A stretch of 64,000 nucleotides of DNA from Candidatus Zhuqueibacterota bacterium (lineage in GTDB: Bacteria; Zhuqueibacterota; Zhuqueibacteria; Thermofontimicrobiales; Thermofontimicrobiaceae): assembly GCA_049322915.1 (NCBI GenBank), contig JBMOPW010000010.1:1-64000 (forward strand). Direction: 5' to 3'. The position numbers and the translations under genes were made by a program. Positions 11,361 through 23,800 of this stretch are shown piece after piece. Below the pieces are notes generated by a model, which worked only from the letters and a program-made list of their open reading frames with translations, was not told the DNA's origin and made no database searches. Position 1 is the stretch's first letter, and each line of letters begins with the position of its first letter.

Positions 11361-14300
11361 ATGAGCAGTATTCTCGAACAGTTAAAAAACTTATCACCGG
11401 AAAAACGCGAGCTTCTCGAACTGCTTCTCAGAGAGAAGGGCGTGGATTTAACCGAATCGCACATTGTCTCATTGGGTCGGGATACGGATGAATTTCCATT
11501 GTCCTTTGGACAGCAGCGGCTGTGGTTCCTGGATCAACTGGAGCCCGGTTCGCCTCTGTACAACAATCCGGCAGCCGTTTATCTGAAAGGCCCGCTCAAT
11601 ACCGACGCGCTCGAAAACGCGCTGAAGGAGATGGTCGATCGCCACGAAGTGCTGCGCACGGTTTTCAGCACCAGGGACGAAAAGCCGGTGCAGGTTATTT
11701 TGAACGAAATGCCGCTGGATTGGATGAAACTGGATCTACGACATCTGACCCGAAGCGGGCAGAACGAGGAACTGGTTCGCCTGGCCAAAGAGCAGGCGCA
11801 GCAACCGTTCGACCTGAGCACAGGACCGCTGTTCCGGGTCGGACTGCTTCAACTGGAAGACGCCAAACACCTGGTGCTGTTGACCATGCACCACGTGGTC
11901 TCGGACGCCTGGTCGCTGACAATTTTCATCCGGGAAATTGCCCTGTTGTACGAAGCCTTTTGCGATGGCAAGAAATCGCCGCTGCCGGCATTGAAAGTCC
12001 AGTATGCCGATTATGCCTCATGGCAGCACAAGTGGCTTCAGGGGAAGAAATTCGAAGAACACCTGGAATATTGGCGGCAAAAGCTGGCCGACATTCCGCC
12101 GCTGCTCAACCTGACCACGGATTATCCGCGGCCGTCTTTTCAGACATTCAATGGTAAAAAAATCCCATTCACATTGTCCCGGGGATTGACCGAATCGCTC
12201 GAAAAACTGGCCAAGCAGGAGGACGCCACGCTGTTCATGGTGCTTTTGGCCGGGCTGAATGTGCTGCTCAATCGATACACCCATCAGGACGACATCGCGG
12301 TGGGAACGCCCATCGCCAATCGGAATCGGGTGGAAACCGAGAGCATCATCGGATTTTTTATCAACACGCTGGTCATGCGAACCGACCTGTCCGGCAATCC
12401 CACGGTGCGGGAATTGATTCGCCGCATGAGGGACGTGGCCCTGGGAGCTTACGCCAATCAGGATATGCCCTTCGAACTGCTCGTGGAGAAACTTCAGCCG
12501 GAACGGGACATGAGCCGATCCCCGTTTTTCCAGGTGATGTTCAATTTGATGAACGCCCCGGCCCACGAGTTGAAGTTGCCGAATATTGTTTTCGAGCCGG
12601 CAGAAATGGACAGCGAAACTGCAAAGTTCGATCTCACCATTGATATGCTCGAAGATGAGAATGGAAAAAACGGCTGGTTCATTTACAACACCGACCTGTT
12701 CGCGGAAGAGACGATCAAACGGATGGCGTCCCATTACATGAATATTCTGGAGGACATGGTCCGGCAGCCTGATACGCGGATTCGGTCGTTGCGTCTGCTG
12801 ACCGACAATGAAAAGACGGTGTTGCTGGAACAATGGAATCGGCCGGGCATTGGCGTCGAGGAAAAGCAGGAGCGATTGCTGCCGCAACTGTTCGAAATGC
12901 AGACTGAAAAATCGCCCGATACAGTGGCGGTTGTGTTTGAAAATGAGCGACTCACCTACCGCGCGCTCAATCAGCGGGCGAATCAATTGACCTATTACCT
13001 GAAGCAATCCGGCGTTGGGCCGGAAACAATTGTGGGCGTGTATTTAGAGCGCCCATTGGATATGATTGTCTCGCTGCTGGCCATCTTCAAATCCGGCGGC
13101 GTGTATCTGCCACTGGATCCGGCCTATCCCAAAGAGCGATTGGATTATATGATCGCCGATTCCCGGGTGCCGGTCGTCATCACCCAGCAACGGTTGGCGG
13201 GCATGCTCCCGCAGCAGGGTCTGCAGTGCGTCAATCTGGATGCGGATTTCGAGAGGATCGCCAGCCAGCGAATCAACAATCCGGAAGCGCACGCGAATGG
13301 CGACAATACAGCGTACATGATTTACACTTCCGGTTCCACCGGCAATCCCAAGGGCGTGCAGATTTCATACATTGCACTGGCCAATCACTGTCTGAACATG
13401 AAAAAGTTTTACGATCTGACGCCGAACGACCATGTGCTGCAGTTCGCCTCGTTCAATTTTGACGCATCGCTGGAGCAGATTCTACCGACGCTGCTTGCCG
13501 GCGCTCAACTGGTCCTGCGCGGCGTTGAGGTCTGGAGCCCGGAGGAATTCCGAAAGAATATCAAAGAGTATGGTCTTACTGTGATAAATCCACCCACCGC
13601 GTATTGGCGGCAATTGGTTCAGGAATGGACTCAGTCCGCGGATACAGCGTTGGCCAAGCAATTGCGACTTGTTATCGTAGGGGGAGATTTGATGACAGCA
13701 GAAAACGTGACAACCTGGGGAGCGCTTTCCAGCGATGCTGTGAATTTGCTCAATGCTTACGGTCCTACAGAGGTAACAATTACATCGACAATTTTCAAAG
13801 TGCCTGATTCCGGCGCTGTGGGCAATTACTTATCCGGTGTGCCCATTGGCCGGCCGACCGCCTTGCGCACAGTTTACATTTTAGACAGCAATTTGAACCC
13901 TGTCCCGGTGGGAGTGCCGGGGGAGTTGTACATCGGCGGTTCCTGCCTGGCGCGGGGATATTTCAACCGGCCGGAAATGACAGCGGAGCGTTTCATCCCG
14001 GATCCGTACACCAGAGAATCCGGGGCGCGGCTGTATCGAACCGGGGATCTGGTTCGTTTCCTTCACGACGGAAATATCGACTTTTTGGGACGGGTCGATA
14101 ATCAGGTGAAAGTCCGCGGATTCCGAATTGAACTGGGCGAAATCGAAGCGGTGCTGAGCCAGAATCCGATGGTCGATGAGGCGGTTATCGTTGCGTTGCA
14201 GGAAAAGCTGGGCGGCAAGCAACTGGTCGCTTACATGACTCTAAAGACCGGGACAAATCCGGAGGAGGCGACCAGCCTATTCTTCCGGAATTATCTGCGG

Positions 14301-14765
14301 GAGAAACTGCCGGAATACATGATTCCCACGATTTTCATCATTCTGGATGAATTGCCCCGCACGCCCATCGGCAAAATTGACCGCCGGGCGCTGCCTGCCC
14401 CGGATGCGGATCGGGCGCAATTGCAGTCGTACTATGTTGCTCCGCGAACCGCGGTGGAAGAGAGGATTGCGGCGATCTGGGCCGAGGCTCTCACTGTCGA
14501 GAAAGTCGGGATCCACGATAACTTCTTCGACCTGGGCGGTCATTCGCTCATGGCGACTCAAATCATCTCCCGATTGAGACACGAATTCCAGGTTGATTTC
14601 CCGCTGCGCCGATTGTTCGAAACGCCCACGGTGGCGAATCTGGCCATGGCCATTGCCGAATGCCAGGCTGAACAGACCGATGACGCCGCGGTAACTCAGA
14701 TGCTTGATGAAATTGATGGCATGTCCGACGAAGAGGTCGAACTGCTGCTGAAGGAAGAAGCCTGA
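11361..14765 (+). CDS. NRPS: C-A-PCP (module 2; basic residue, Arg-like)
   Basis: C: HHVVSDAW. A core motifs present, hand-read code DAENIGAITK. PCP: GGHSL. LSPEKR N-terminal and SDEE C-terminal docking tails. Confidence 0.95.
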   Translation: MSSILEQLKNLSPEKRELLELLLREKGVDLTESHIVSLGRDTDEFPLSFGQQRLWFLDQLEPGSPLYNNPAAVYLKGPLNTDALENALKEMVDRHEVLRTVFSTRDEKPVQVILNEMPLDWMKLDLRHLTRSGQNEELVRLAKEQAQQPFDLSTGPLFRVGLLQLEDAKHLVLLTMHHVVSDAWSLTIFIREIALLYEAFCDGKKSPLPALKVQYADYASWQHKWLQGKKFEEHLEYWRQKLADIPPLLNLTTDYPRPSFQTFNGKKIPFTLSRGLTESLEKLAKQEDATLFMVLLAGLNVLLNRYTHQDDIAVGTPIANRNRVETESIIGFFINTLVMRTDLSGNPTVRELIRRMRDVALGAYANQDMPFELLVEKLQPERDMSRSPFFQVMFNLMNAPAHELKLPNIVFEPAEMDSETAKFDLTIDMLEDENGKNGWFIYNTDLFAEETIKRMASHYMNILEDMVRQPDTRIRSLRLLTDNEKTVLLEQWNRPGIGVEEKQERLLPQLFEMQTEKSPDTVAVVFENERLTYRALNQRANQLTYYLKQSGVGPETIVGVYLERPLDMIVSLLAIFKSGGVYLPLDPAYPKERLDYMIADSRVPVVITQQRLAGMLPQQGLQCVNLDADFERIASQRINNPEAHANGDNTAYMIYTSGSTGNPKGVQISYIALANHCLNMKKFYDLTPNDHVLQFASFNFDASLEQILPTLLAGAQLVLRGVEVWSPEEFRKNIKEYGLTVINPPTAYWRQLVQEWTQSADTALAKQLRLVIVGGDLMTAENVTTWGALSSDAVNLLNAYGPTEVTITSTIFKVPDSGAVGNYLSGVPIGRPTALRTVYILDSNLNPVPVGVPGELYIGGSCLARGYFNRPEMTAERFIPDPYTRESGARLYRTGDLVRFLHDGNIDFLGRVDNQVKVRGFRIELGEIEAVLSQNPMVDEAVIVALQEKLGGKQLVAYMTLKTGTNPEEATSLFFRNYLREKLPEYMIPTIFIILDELPRTPIGKIDRRALPAPDADRAQLQSYYVAPRTAVEERIAAIWAEALTVEKVGIHDNFFDLGGHSLMATQIISRLRHEFQVDFPLRRLFETPTVANLAMAIAECQAEQTDDAAVTQMLDEIDGMSDEEVELLLKEEA

Positions 14766-14864
14766 GCTGCCAGTGCGGGTCTGCTGAATCCTGCGACCGG
14801 GCTTTTCGGGTGAATTTGAAAAAAAGTACGAAACGATACAACCATCATTGACGGGTGAATTGAA

Positions 14865-17800
14865 ATGACCGATCCAAAAAAACGCATCTCTGACCTTTCT
14901 CCTGAAAAACGGGCGTTGCTCATGATGCGTTTGAAGAAAAAAATGAGCGAAGTTTCCAATAAACATCTCATCCCCCGGCGGGAAAACAGCAATGAATTTC
15001 CCATGTCCTATGCACAGGAGCGCATGTGGTTTCTCCATCAATGGGAGCCGGATAGTCCACTGTACAACATCCCGGCGGCCGTACGGCTCACCGGAAACGT
15101 GGATATGTTTCTGCTGAAACGGGCATTGCACGAAGTCGTGCGCCGGCATGATGTGCTGCGGGGAGTTTTTACAGAAAAAGACAATCACCCGGTCCAGGAA
15201 ATTGCGCCGGAACTGGAACTGCCGTTTAGTTACATCGATCTGCGCCAAAGTCCGCCAGAGAATAGGGAGGCAGAAGCGCTGCAATTGATATCCGGGGATG
15301 CGCGCAAGCCGTTCGACCTGAAACGCGGCCCCCTGTTTCGGGTGAGCCTCATTCAGACCTGCGACACGGATTATCTTTTCATGCTGAATATGCACCATAT
15401 CGTCTCCGATGGCTGGTCCATTGGCGTGCTGATTCGGGAAGTGACGCTGTTGTACGAGGCATTCCGACAAAACAGCCCTTCGCCGCTGCCGGAAATCGTC
15501 ATTCAATACGCCGACTTTGCAGACTGGCAGAAGAAATATCTCCGGGGCGACGTGCTGGAAAAGCAACTGGACTACTGGAAACGACAATTGGGCGATAATC
15601 CGCCGGTCCTGCAACTGCCGACCGATCGGCCCCGGCCGCTCTTTCCAAGTTTTCAGGGTGCCTACGCAACATTCACCCTTACGCCTGATTTGACAGATAC
15701 ATTGAGAAAATTGAGCAAGGCCAACGACAGCACGCTGTTCATGACGCTGTTTGCCGCATTCAACATATTGCTGCACCGCTATTCCGGCCAGGACGATATT
15801 TCTGTCGGCACACCCATCGCCAACCGGAACCGCTCGGAAATTGAGGGGCTCATCGGATTTTTTGTCAACACCCTGGTCATTCGCTCGAATTTTTCCGGGA
15901 ATCCCACATTCAAAGAATTTTTAGGGCGAGTACGCGATACTGCCACGCAGGCGTACAGCAATCAGGATGTCCCGTTCGAGATGCTGGTGGAAGCGGTTCA
16001 ACCGAATCGCGACTTGAGCCATACGCCGCTGTTCCAGGTGATGTTCGCGCTGCAGGAGAATCCGGTCGAGGCGATTCGATTGCCGGATTTTGAAATGAAG
16101 GGACTGGAAGCTGAAAGCGGCACAGCCAAGTTCGACATCACGCTCTTCATGGAGGAACGGGCCGGAGGATTGAAGGGCGCGTTCGAATACAGCACGGATC
16201 TGTTCGACGCGGCCACAATGGAAAATTTAATCGGTCATTTTGTGACGATGCTGCATGCCATTGCCCGGCATCCCGAAGAAAAAATATCAGCGCTGCCGTT
16301 GATGGCAGCCCCGGAACGGCGGAAGGTTGTGGATACCTGGAATGCAACCGAAACCGAGTATCCATCCGAGCAGAGCATTCAATTGTTGTTCGAAGATCAG
16401 GTTGAGAAAACGCCGGACGCCATTGCGCTCAACTTCAACGGGACAATGTTGACCTATCGGGAATTGAACGAACGCGCCAACAGGCTGGCCCACTATCTGA
16501 AAGAGATGAATGTCGCGCCTCGCGTGTTCGTCGCGATGATCATGGAACGCTCCATTGATCTGATCGTGGCGACGCTGGGCATTCTCAAGGCCGGCGGCGT
16601 GTATGTGCCGCTGGATACGGCGTATCCCAAGGACAGAATGGCGTTCATGCTGGAAGATATTCAGGCGCCGGTGCTATTGACCCAAAAAGACCTGCTACCC
16701 ATCATCCCGGAATCCACAGCAAAAATCCTGTGCGTGGATGCGAACTGGGATGACATTCGCACTTACGGTAGTGAAAATATTCCGTGCGCCACGGACGGCA
16801 GCAGTCTGGCGTACGTGATCTACACGTCCGGCTCGACCGGTAAACCCAAGGGCGTTGCAGTGCCGCACCAAGCGATCACCCGGCTGGTGCGAAATACTAA
16901 TTACGTGGACATCACCCCTGAAGACAAAATCGCTCAGGCAGCCAACGCCTCGTTCGATGCAGCCACGTATGAAATCTGGGGCGCGCTTCTCAACGGCGCC
17001 ACGCTGGTGGGAATGTCCAAAGATCTGGTGCTCAGCTCGCATCAGTTCGTCACCTACCTGCGCGAACAGGGCATCAGCATCATGTTCCTGACAACGGCGC
17101 TGTTCAATCAAATTGCCAACGAAATCCCGGATGCATTCGCGACGCTGAAGAACCTGTCGTTCGGGGGCGAGGCCGTCGACCCCAACGCTGTGCGTCAGGT
17201 CGTACAGGCCGGGCCGCCGAAGAATCTGCTGCATGTTTACGGCCCGACCGAAAATACCACATTCACCACATGGTTCCGCGTCGAACAGGTGCCGGCCAAC
17301 GTGAAGACGATTCCCATCGGCCGGAGCATTGCCAACACGACGAATTACGTGCTGGATAAGATGCTCAATCCTGTGCCGGTGGGCGTGCCTGGAGAATTGT
17401 TTTGCGGCGGCGACGGGCTGGCAGAGCAGTATTTAAATCGACCGGATCTGACAGCGGAGAAATTCATCCCCAATCCGTTCAGCAGGAAAGGCGGCCAGCG
17501 GCTCTATCGCACCGGGGATCTGGTGCGGTTGCTGCCGGATGGCGCCATCGAATTCATCGGGCGCATTGATCATCAGGTGAAAATACGCGGCTTCCGCATC
17601 GAGATCGGTGAAATTGAGTCCGTGCTGAAAAACCATCCATCGCTGAAAGACGTCATCATCCTCGCGCGCGAAGATAAACCAGGCGAGCGCAGGCTGGTGG
17701 CCTACGTTGTGCCTCATGAAAAGCAGGCGCCTACGACGACGGAACTGCGATCATTCCTGAAAGAAAAATTGCCGGATTACATGGTGCCTTCTTTCTTCAT

Positions 17801-20800
17801 GATCATGGAATCATTCCCGATCAATCCCAATGGCAAGGTGGACCGCAAGGCACTGCCGACCCCGGAAATGGATCGGCCGGATCTGGACAAAGAATTTGTC
17901 GCGCCGCGCGACAAACTGGAGTCGGCTTTGGCGGCCATGTGGCAGGATATTCTAGGCATCGAAAAGGTGGGCATTTACGACAACTTCTTCGAACTGGGGG
18001 GCAATTCGCTTCAGGCAGCGGTTTTTGTCAACCGTATCAAAAAGGAATTTGGCGAAGACGCGCATGTGCGCTCCATTTTTATGGCGCCGACCATTGCCCA
18101 GTTCTCCATGTACATCCACGAGTATTATGGCCATGTCATCAAAGAATTCTTCGGCGAAGAGACTGTCCGGACTGGCGATTCTCTGCGGCTGGGCGATCGG
18201 ACAGAGCAAATCGAGAAAATCGATGCAGCGAAAGTCCAACAGATACGACGCATCATCACGCCGCTTCAGCCATACCAGGAGTCAGCGGCCTCTCAGGCGA
18301 AAAATCCACCGGCTGTGTTTGTGCTGTCGCCGCCGCGCTCCGGCTCGACTCTGTTCCGCGTGATGCTGGCCGGCAATCCCAAATTGTTTGCGCCGCCGGA
18401 ACTAGATATTCTGTCATTCAATACGCTGGCAGAACGGAGACAGGCATTTGCCGATGATTTTAGCATCTGGCTCGAAGCCACCTGGCGCGCTATCATGGAG
18501 ATTAAAAACTGCGATCTGGAAACGGCCAGATCCATTATGGAGGAAAGTGAACGGCAGCAATTGTCCTCCAAAGAATTCTATCGCCAGTTGCAGGAATGGA
18601 TCGGCGATCGGTTGCTGGTCGATAAAACGCCGTCCTATCCGCTGGACATCGAGATTTTAAAACGGGCCGAAGCCAGTTTTGATAAGCCGTATTACATCCA
18701 TTTGACCCGTCATCCCTATGCGACGATTTATTCGTTCCTGGAAGCGAAGCTGGACAAGAATTTCTTCCGCTATGAACATCCATTCTCGCGACAGGAATTA
18801 TCCGAGATCATCTGGATCATCTGTCACCAGAATATCCTCGAATTTCTGAAAGACATTCCGGAGGAACGGCAGATTCGCATCAATTTTGAATCGCTGGTGA
18901 CCTATCCGGAGCCGATCCTTCAAGGCGTGTGCGAGTTTTTGAATATCGACTTTCATCCGGGCATGCTCAAACCGTATGAGGGCAAAAAAATGACGGATGG
19001 CGTCACAGCCAATTCGCAGATGGTCGGCGACTTCAAATTTTACCTGCACAAGGATATTGATAATCGCGCGGCCAATCGCTGGAAAGACGTGCACACGACC
19101 AACTTCCTGAGCGACATCGCCTGGGAAATCGCCGGGAAGATGAATTATAAAAAGACGCCGGATCTGGATGATTCTCCGGCTGCGGCAGCGCGAAAGCGGA
19201 GCGCGGTGCCGGCCATTCAGCCCATTCCGCGGGATGGCGAGCTGCCCCTGTCATTTCAACAGCAACGGCTGTGGTTCCTCGATCAGATGGAACCGGGCAG
19301 CCCGGCCTATAATATTCCGGTGACCATTCGGATCGATGGCGTATTTGATGTGGCGGCTGCGGAAAAGTGCATTCAGGAAATCGTCCGTCGCCACGAAGTG
19401 CTCAGGACGCATTTCACAAACGAGCAGGGCAAGGCAGCGCTGCGCATTGCGCCGGAACTGCGCGTGCCGTTTGTCACCCTGGATATTTCATCGCTGCCGG
19501 AACATCTGAAAGAGGCCGAAGCCCTGAACCTGGCCTTGACCGAGGCGAAGCGACCCTTCCTGCTGGACAAGGATCCGCTCATTCGCGGCCTGGCCATTCG
19601 GTTGTCGGAACAGTCCCATGTGCTGGTGATGACCATGCACCACATCATTTCGGACGGCTGGTCCACCGGGGTGATCATTCAGGAATTTGCAGCGCTGTAT
19701 CAATCAAAAACCACCGGCGCCGGATTGGTTCTGCCGGAACTGAAAATTCAATACGCCGATTATGCGAACTGGCAGCGGCAATGGCTGCGCGGCGAAGTCC
19801 TGGAGGAACAACTCGATTTCTGGCGGGAGCAGCTTCACGGCGCGCCGCCGATGCTTGAATTGCCAACCGACCATCCGCGACCGGCCGAAGTCACCTATTC
19901 AGGCGCCAGCGAACGATTCGCGTTTCCCGCCGCATTGACCGAGGCAGTGAAGTCATTCAGCAAGAAAGAAAATGCCACAGAATTCATGACGCTGCTCGCC
20001 GCATTTCAGGTGCTGCTCTATCGCTATTCCGGGGAACCGGATATCAATGTGGGAACGCCCATCGCCAATCGCGGCCAGGCTGAGTTGGAGGGGCTCATTG
20101 GATTTTTCGTCAACACGCTGGTGATACGCTCGCGGATGTTCGACAATCCCAGCTACCGGGCGCTGCTGCAACAGGTTCGCGAGGCGTCGCTGGGAGCATA
20201 CTCCCATCAGGAATTGCCTTTTGAGATGCTCGTGGACAAGCTTCAGCCGCAGCGCGATATGAGTCACACGCCGCTTTTTCAGGCCATGTTCGCGTTTCAG
20301 AATATGCCGGTGCAACATCTGGAATTGCCGAATTGCGTGATCAGCCCGTTCAACATTGGCAGCGTCACTTCAAAATTCGAACTGACCATGTCCATCCGCG
20401 AGTACCAGGGCGAATTCAGAGGGACGCTGGAATACAATACCGATATTTACGAGGCTGCCACCATCAAGCGCATGATTCAACACTTTCAGGTTCTGCTGGA
20501 ACATGCCGTTAAATTCCCGGATGTGACTGTGGCCGATCTGCCGCTTTTGCCTGTGTCGGAGCAGCGCCGGATTCTGGATGAGTGGAACGCCACGGTCAGC
20601 GATTATCCGAGCGAGACGACCATCCAGCAGCTTTTTGAGCGACAGGTTGAAAAGAACCCGGATGGCATTGCTGTCCGCTACGGCGAAGCGACGCTCACGT
20701 ACAGCGACCTGAACCGTCGCGCCAATCAATTGGGGCGTTACCTGCGCAAACAGGGCGTTGGCCCGGATGTGCTGGTCGGCGTGTGCATGGAGCGTTCCGT

Positions 20801-23800
20801 GGAACTGGTCGTCGGTCTCATGGGCGTTCTCAAGGCCGGCGGCGCGTATGTCGCGCTGGATCCGAGCTATCCGAAAGATCGGCTCGCCTACATTCTGCAG
20901 GACACCCGGGTGCCGGTGCAACTGACGCTGGCGCGAATGAATCTTGAACCGCTGGGCGTTCCTGTGGATGAGCTGCGTCTCGACGCCGACTGGGCAGAAA
21001 TTGAAAAAGAGAGCGGCGAGAATCCGGAGCATGTTGCAGCGCCGGAAAATCTGGCCTATTTAATCTACACGTCCGGTTCCACCGGCAGACCCAAAGGCGT
21101 GATGATGCAGCATCGTTCCGCCATCAATCTGTGGGCCGGATTGAATCGGTCGATTTATGTCAATCACCCGGCGCGATCGATGCGGGTGAGCCTCAATGCG
21201 CCGCTGCTTTTCGATGCATCGGTGCAGCAATTGGTCATGCTGATGAGCGGGCATACGCTGGATATTTTGCCGCAGGATGCGCGTCTCGACGGATTTGCGC
21301 TGCTGGACTATATCCGAAAATCCGAAATCGATGTGCTGGACTGCGTGCCATCGCAACTGAAAATGCTGATCATAGCCGGGCTGTTCGAAGAAAAAGGCTG
21401 GGTTCCTTCCATCTTGCTGCCCGGCGGCGAAGCCATTGACGACATCACCTGGAAGACGCTCCGCGATTCGGAAAAGACGGACGCCTACAACATGTACGGC
21501 CCCACAGAGTGCGCGGTGGATTCCACCATTTGCCGCGTGAAAGAGTCGGATGGGCGCCCGGTTATCGGCCGTCCCATCAATAACGCGCGACTGTACGTGC
21601 TGGATAAGAACCTGCGGCCGGCGCCCATTGGCGTGCCCGGCGAATTGTTCATCGCCGGCCATGGTTTAGCCCGTGGCTATCTCAATCGGGCGGATCTGAC
21701 GGCTGAGAAATTCATACCGGACCCATTCGGTGCAGCTCCCGGCGCGCGAATGTACCGCACTGGCGACCTGGTTCGCTACGTGGCCGATGGCAATGTCGAA
21801 TTTATCCGGCGAATCGATCATCAGGTCAAGGTTCGGGGATTCCGCATCGAGCTGGGTGAAATTGAAGCCAATCTGGATCAGCATCCGTCGCTGAAAGAAG
21901 CGGTGGTCATTGTCCGCGAGGATGAACCGGGCAATAAACGATTGGTCGCCTACCTCATTCCGAAGAACGGCGAACCACCCAACATCAGCGACCTGCGCTC
22001 TTATTTGAAGACGAAGCTGCCGGAATACATGGTGCCCTCGGCGTTCGTTTATCTGGACAAATTGCCGCTGACGCCCAATGGTAAAATCGACCGTAAAGCC
22101 CTGCCTGTGCCGGAAGTGGGACGGCCGGAACTGTCCGGCGAGTTCATGGAAGCGCGCAATGAGACCGAACAGAAACTGGCTGCGGTGTGGCAGGAAGTTC
22201 TGGGAATCGATCGCATCGGGGTGAATGACAATTTCTTTGAATTGGGCGGGGATTCCATTCTCACAATTCAGGTGATTGCCAAGTCGAAGCAGCGTGGTTT
22301 GCAATTGACGCCGAAACAGCTTTTCCAGTTTCCGACCATTGCCGGTCTGGCGGAAGTGGCTGGCGCGGCCGCTGTCATTCAGGCGGAGCAGGGCATTGTC
22401 ACCGGCGAAATTGCATTGACGCCCATACAGCGCAATTTCTTCGAACAACAATTTCCGGAGCCGCATCACTGGAACCAGTCCATCCTGCTGGAAATGCGGG
22501 AATCGCTGGACGTCGATCGGTTGAAGAGAGCAGTGAAATTGCTGATATCCCATCACGACGCGTTGCGGCTCAGATTTCAGTCGACGGAACAGGGCTGGAA
22601 ACAGGTGAACGACGAGGATGATCAGGACCTGCCGTTCCTGCAAATCGATTTGTCCAAACTGCCGCAGGAGGAGTACGGGAAGACCATCGAATCATTCTCA
22701 TCCAAATTGCAGGGCAGTTTGAATTTCACCGATGGCCCTGTCGCTAAATTTGCATTGTTCAACCTGGGCGATGAGACGCCCGCAAGGTTGTTGATCGCCA
22801 TCCATCACCTGGCCATCGATGGTATTTCGTGGCGGATTCTACTGGAAGATCTGTACAATGCCTACGTCCAACTGAGCGAGCACAAAGCGGTGCGGTTGCC
22901 GGCAAAGACCACCTCCTTCAGGCAGTGGAGCATGCGCCTCTCTGGGTATGCGAATTCAGAAAAACTGAAGAATGAATGGGAGTACTGGCGCACTGTTGTC
23001 GACCAGCAAACGACTCAACTGCCGCTGGATTTTGAGCACGGCAGCAATGTAGAAGGCGATACAGCGACGGAAAAGGTGACGCTTTCCGAAGAAGAGACGC
23101 GGGCGCTGCTTCAGGATGTCCCGGCTGTCTACGGCACTGAAATCAATGACGCGCTGCTGGCTGCGGTGTCGATGGCATTCCGGCGCTGGGCCGGCGTCAG
23201 TCGTCTGAGAATCGATCTGGAAGGTCATGGCCGTGAAGACCTGTTCGACGACGTGGATATTTCACGGACGGTGGGTTGGTTCACCAGTCTGTTCCCGGTC
23301 GTGCTGAACATTGAAAATGAGCACGATGTCGCACAGGTGCTGAAATCCACCAAGGAACAGGTACACGGAATTCCCAACAAAGGCATCGGATTCGGATTGC
23401 TGCGATTCCTGAGTGATGACGAGAGCGTCAGAAATAGTCTGCGCGCGAGCCAGACCGCAGATGTCAGCTTCAATTATCTCGGTCAATTCGACCATATCGT
23501 CAATGACGCCATGCCATTCGCGCCGGCAAAGGAGTCCAGCGGCGTCGAGCGAAGTCTGGTGAATCCGCGCAGCCATTCCATTTCCATCAACGGAAGCATC
23601 ATCGGCGGCGCGCTGCAAATTTCGTGGATGTTCAGCAAAGCCATGTACCGCAGCGAGACCATGCAGCAATTGGCCCGGGGCTTCATCGAAAGTTTGCGCG
23701 AAATAATTGCGCATTGCCAGTCCCCGGAAGCGGGCGGTTACACCCCATCTGATTTTGCGGATGTCGCATTGCAGCAAGATGAGCTGGATGAGCTGATGAC

